NCBI GenBank assembly: GCA_937967505.1
Contig: CALCJM010000020.1
Coordinates: 2,131 to 66,130, forward strand
Reading direction: 5' to 3'
DNA from: an uncultured Pirellulaceae bacterium
GTDB lineage: Bacteria > Planctomycetota > Planctomycetia > Pirellulales > Pirellulaceae
Length of the DNA: 64,000 bases
In this document: positions 60,895 to 64,000 of the stretch, piece after piece
How the letters are laid out: each line of letters begins with the position of its first letter
Position numbering within the stretch: position 1 is the first letter of the stretch
The notes under the pieces: generated by a model
The model's input: the letters and a program-made list of their open reading frames with translations, nothing else
The model's database searches: none
Told to the model about the DNA's origin: nothing
Position numbers and translations under genes: made by a program

Positions 60895-61143
60895 TTAGCC
60901 AGTCGTAGTCACGCTTGTTATTTTATTTGCCCAGTCATAACCAGAGGTGATTGGCGGGAGGGTTTTTGATTCGGCTTCATATAGCTCAATCGTTTCTGCG
61001 ACGATTTTACAAAGCTCAGCAAAAACGGCTTGTTCGTCTTCACCATGACATCCTCCATAAAAGAGACCGGGGCAGCTGCCCACAAAGCAGTTGTCTTCCT
61101 CAGACCACTCCACCATCTTTAAATATTTTTTTGCCGAACTCAT
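60895..61143 (-). CDS. hicB: HicB-like antitoxin (N-terminal domain only)
   Basis: VEWSEED.CFVGSCPGL...HG...LP; ATGA overlap with hicA. Confidence 0.8.
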   Translation of the reverse strand: MSSAKKYLKMVEWSEEDNCFVGSCPGLFYGGCHGEDEQAVFAELCKIVAETIELYEAESKTLPPITSGYDWANKITSVTTTG

Positions 61144-61343
61144 TCTGTTGACTCCTTGATTGCTTTAGCTACAGCCCGTTCTTGATACTTCTTCGCATCA
61201 TCACCAAGTTTTCCGGAGATGGTTACTGTTTTCGTAATTTTAGAATGGACAAAGTTTCTGTGGCTGCCTTTTCCGCCGCGATTTTTAAATCCCGCCGATT
61301 CTAAATCGGCAATCAATTCTCGGATTTTTCTAGGCATTTCCAT
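61140..61343 (-). CDS. hicA: HicA toxin (mRNA interferase)
   Basis: LESAGF...GKGSHRNFVH. Confidence 0.88.
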   Translation of the reverse strand: MEMPRKIRELIADLESAGFKNRGGKGSHRNFVHSKITKTVTISGKLGDDAKKYQERAVAKAIKESTE

Positions 61344-61391
61344 TTCCTATCCATTCGCGATTTAGGTCGTTTCGTGGCTGACCTTCTCTCA

Positions 61392-61420
61392 ATTGTACCT
61401 GTAGCGACCAAGGGTGTGAA
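61392..61420 (-). promoter_or_regulatory. sigma70 promoter for hicAB
   Basis: TTCACA-17 bp-TACAAT, about 50 nt upstream of hicA. Confidence 0.6.
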
Positions 61421-61460
61421 GATTTGTTGCCACAGGGCTTAAAGTTCCGGTGCGGTGACA

Positions 61461-61556
61461 CCATGATCAGGCGTACCTGCGGCTTCTTGTTTATCTTTGG
61501 ACTGACATGGCCAACCGCTCTCGAACTTCAAGCCGTTCTGGTTCTATTGGAACGTC
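61461..61556. repeat. About 95 bp imperfect direct repeat, copy B
   Basis: Aligns with 60666-60760. Confidence 0.85.
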
Positions 61557-61616
61557 CTGCTCGATTCCGCCGTGCATAACGTTTAACGCTTCGGTCACGC
61601 GGTTTGCGCGGCGGTT

Positions 61617-61802
61617 TTAGCCTTGCTGGTTTGATTGCGGTTGATGGTTTGGGTTAGGCTTAAACTCGCCAACAATGTTGCCAGACTCATCAACTTGCCA
61701 AGCTCCAACAATCGCTTCCTCAATTTCGTATACCCAACCACCCGGATTCAGCTTTGCCTCCGCTAGCGCCTCTGGTCGAGGTTGTCTTTGTTCTGCATTC
61801 AT
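61617..61802 (-). CDS. Small toxin-associated protein resembling the C-terminal half of the neighbouring ART domain
   Basis: ATGA-coupled to the upstream gene; GGWVYEI...GAWQVDESGNIVGEFKPNPN. Confidence 0.7.
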   Translation of the reverse strand: MNAEQRQPRPEALAEAKLNPGGWVYEIEEAIVGAWQVDESGNIVGEFKPNPNHQPQSNQQG

Positions 61803-62212
61803 AAGCTCTGAATCCATTTTTCGTAAAATCGCTCTTGTTGCTCTACAGTCGTCGGACGCAAGTCATCTGAGCTGTCAAAAATATCGACAAGGTCTGTCGA
61901 TTTTGCCTGTCTCCCCAGCGTGAGTTTGTACGCCTGTTCTCCACAGCCCATGGATGAAATCATTCCTGATGGATAAACCGTCTTGCATGCAGCGAAGCAA
62001 AGCGGCAAAACCCCTAACGCCTCAAGGCGTTTGCGAATTTCGCAAAACGCGTGAAAAAAGCCACGTTCTGACGTCGCTAAGAAAGCCTTACCATTGAAAG
62101 TCAGTTCGATACGAACGAAATCTTCGTCATCGGGACATTCATCCCACAGATTCACTAACCCTTCATGCACTTCACCTGCCTACGGAAGCGCAATTGTTTT
62201 TGATTCTTGCAT
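61799..62212 (-). CDS. Putative immunity protein for the ART tip (in-frame TAG at codon 11, or a GTG start at 62170)
   Basis: ATG 62212 overlaps the toxin TAA (TAATG) and is in frame with ORF 61799-62170; VYPSGM...AYKLTLG. Confidence 0.65.
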
Positions 62213-62609
62213 TAAGGCTTCCGGAAATTCGGGTTCTTGATGAAGTCGTCAATAATCTTGCCCTTTTTCGTTTTGAAGGCTCCAAATACTTGAGTGTTTG
62301 GAACGTTATCGGGAATCGCGATTTCAAATTGTTCCGGGAACGGGGATTTTGCACCAGTGTTTTGTTGACATCTATTCCGTTACGCGTCTTGATAACGAAC
62401 ACGCGTCCATTATTCCTTCCAGAAAACCCTGTAGCGATTTTTGGGCGCACAGATGAAGAAATGAAATTCGTGTCAGGTTGGTTCGACGTAACATGTCGAA
62501 GCGGATCAGTATTTCCACCCTTTGCCCTGAGTCCTTGCTCAAACACAATCTTAGGAGTGACTGATGAACGCTCACCTCTGAAAACAGTTCTCGCTGTTAT
62601 CTTTGGGGC
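62212..62609 (-). pseudogene. Orphan ADP-ribosyltransferase toxin tip (R-S-E class), frameshifted near 62355
   Basis: APKITARTVFRG...NFISSS...GRVFVI; in the -1 frame GAKSPFPEQFEIAIP...NPNFRKP*. Confidence 0.75.
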
Positions 62610-62615
62610 GAGGCT

Positions 62616-62846
62616 TTATTCGGATGCCCAGTCTATCTCCCAATTGCTTTCCTCAAAGTACTCCCGCAGCACGTCGTAACTTTCAACCCAATCGTCTCCG
62701 CTATCCATGAACCCACTGTCCTTACTGACGTGCACCAAGAACCCACCTGTATTCGATGAATCATCGTCAATTCGCAACCAACAACCAAGGTCGTCCCCAG
62801 CAAGGATTTTCCCAACGACGCCAATTTTTATGTCATCTACAGTCAT
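62616..62846 (-). CDS. Putative immunity protein
   Basis: Small acidic ORF starting 2 nt after a basic toxin tip; TGGFLV...DDWVE...W.IDW. Confidence 0.7.
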   Translation of the reverse strand: MTVDDIKIGVVGKILAGDDLGCWLRIDDDSSNTGGFLVHVSKDSGFMDSGDDWVESYDVLREYFEESNWEIDWASE

Positions 62847-62848
62847 AA

Positions 62849-63169
62849 TTACTTTTTGATCGGAATATGGTTATTTACAAATGGTTTTCGACCGCCTTGG
62901 AATGTTTCAAGATGGACGTGTGGGACATCCGGTGCGTGAGCTCCTCGTAGAGAATTCGCATCCATACGAAACTGGCGGGTACCATCGGCACTTCTGAAAA
63001 CCCCACTCCCGGGCTTTCCAATTTCTTTGTAACCCGGTCCTAAAAACTCCAAACCGGCATCCAGAGCCTCGTCTTCAGTAAGTGTGTGCCTTGACGTGAT
63101 GTTGCGTTGCCCCGGCTTTTGTCGGCCAGCCAAAGTTTCCGAAATAACGTCGTCTACTTTCCTTGGGGC
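62849..63169 (-). pseudogene. Orphan polymorphic toxin tip (putative nuclease), no canonical start
   Basis: APRKVDDVISETLAG...FRSADGTRQFRMD...HAPDVPHVHLE...NNHI. Confidence 0.7.
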
Positions 63170-63175
63170 TAAAAA

Positions 63176-63688
63176 TTATTTCACGATATCAACAAACCCC
63201 TTTATTACGTCGATAAATTCTTTCTTTGGCAACCTAGCCGACCAGATACGATCGACATGCTTTGGCGGACACCATTCTGGATTCTTTCCGCGCCAGACAA
63301 TCCTCTTCCAGTCACCTTCATCAACAACGAATATCTCCCAACCGTCCACCGCGTCATCGAGGCCGTGAATGAGGAAGTAATTCCAAATGGCTTCTTCGGT
63401 AAGTCCATGTGAAAAACTACTTCCCTCAGCCGCATCATGCAAAGCGGAAAACAGCTCGTCATCGTTCAGTGCACTGAACAGGAGATCCGGATAGCGAGGA
63501 TTATCATGAGAAATTGCAACTCCTTCTAGTTCGCTCGCAAAGGTCGGAACGTAAACAGGGCTGGAATCACCAATTCGCTGACCTGAAACACATACGTATA
63601 TTTTACCATGCTCTTTTTTCGGATCGAGGCTTACGACCTCAACCGCGAAGAGTTCTTTGTCGCCGATTACACAAGGGCTATTCACCAA
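63176..63688 (-). CDS. Orphan immunity protein, Imm42-like (start uncertain)
   Basis: IGDKELFAVE...GKIYVCVSGQRIGD; acidic; toxin-array context. Confidence 0.6.
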   Translation of the reverse strand: MVNSPCVIGDKELFAVEVVSLDPKKEHGKIYVCVSGQRIGDSSPVYVPTFASELEGVAISHDNPRYPDLLFSALNDDELFSALHDAAEGSSFSHGLTEEAIWNYFLIHGLDDAVDGWEIFVVDEGDWKRIVWRGKNPEWCPPKHVDRIWSARLPKKEFIDVIKGFVDIVK

Positions 63689-63739
63689 GCTGCAAGCGCC
63701 AGCGTTCGTGACTTAGTTTTATCACGTCTGACAGCAGGC

Positions 63740-64000
63740 TCACTCATAAGGAGACTCCATCTGTTCAGCAAACATCCCTTCTGGAAGAGAAATTTTTCCA
63801 ACCACCAAGTCTCCACCGACATACATATAGAAGTCGTACCCAAAATGAACATAGAAGCCAGATTCACCCCTCAGCTTACACCAAGCAGTCTCTCTCAATA
63901 CTGCCCGTATTGCCCGGCCAACGTCTGGAACAGCGAGCCTCATCGGGGCACTTAACGCACCTGCATCCTGCCCCGATGACAACTGAAGCTCTTTCGGCAG
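63740..64000 (-). CDS. Putative immunity protein (3' part; begins outside the window)
   Basis: LRETAWCKL...FYVHFGYDFYMYVG...SPYE. Confidence 0.65.
   Translation of the reverse strand: MPKELQLSSGQDAGALSAPMRLAVPDVGRAIRAVLRETAWCKLRGESGFYVHFGYDFYMYVGGDLVVGKISLPEGMFAEQMESPYE

Noticed and set aside
63941-63978. GCCCCGATG inverted repeat as another cassette junction
   Set aside because: It lies inside the immunity-like coding frame and does not follow a stop codon.
1-64000. CRISPR array, rRNA or tRNA genes
   Set aside because: I saw no regularly spaced repeat-spacer units and no cloverleaf or rRNA signatures; the repeats found are dispersed palindromes.

Overview
This looks like chromosomal DNA from a planctomycete, probably Pirellulaceae-like. 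The lineage is inferred from an LEPR-x-LLA-type leader, a DUF1559 pilin-like protein, a BBP7-like barrel, a sensor Ser/Thr kinase and a PQQ propeller. Positions 1-60 kb are mostly core or metabolic genes: a sigma54 activator, fabI, prfB with its programmed +1 frameshift, glyA, an otnK/otnC acid-sugar cluster, a 10-gene mrpA-less Mrp antiporter operon, pilT plus two degenerate GspE-like ATPases, fmt/def, folK, glgA-galT-GH57 and a diguanylate cyclase. Two families of intergenic palindromic repeats are scattered through this part. The last 4 kb are an AT-richer, decayed polymorphic-toxin/immunity array containing a group II intron remnant and hicAB. The main leads are: (1) an ORF-poor, terminator-ended region between def and folK packed with GGA-loop hairpins, a candidate CsrA-sequestering sRNA; (2) start-less toxin tips that all begin at the same GCCCCAA junction, including a frameshifted R-S-QxE ADP-ribosyltransferase followed by a mini-protein resembling the toxin's own C-terminal half; (3) a PilT operon with two apparently catalytically dead ATPase paralogues; (4) a hairpin MITE-like element whose one end accumulates tandem copies. 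All family assignments come from motif recognition by eye; no searches were run.
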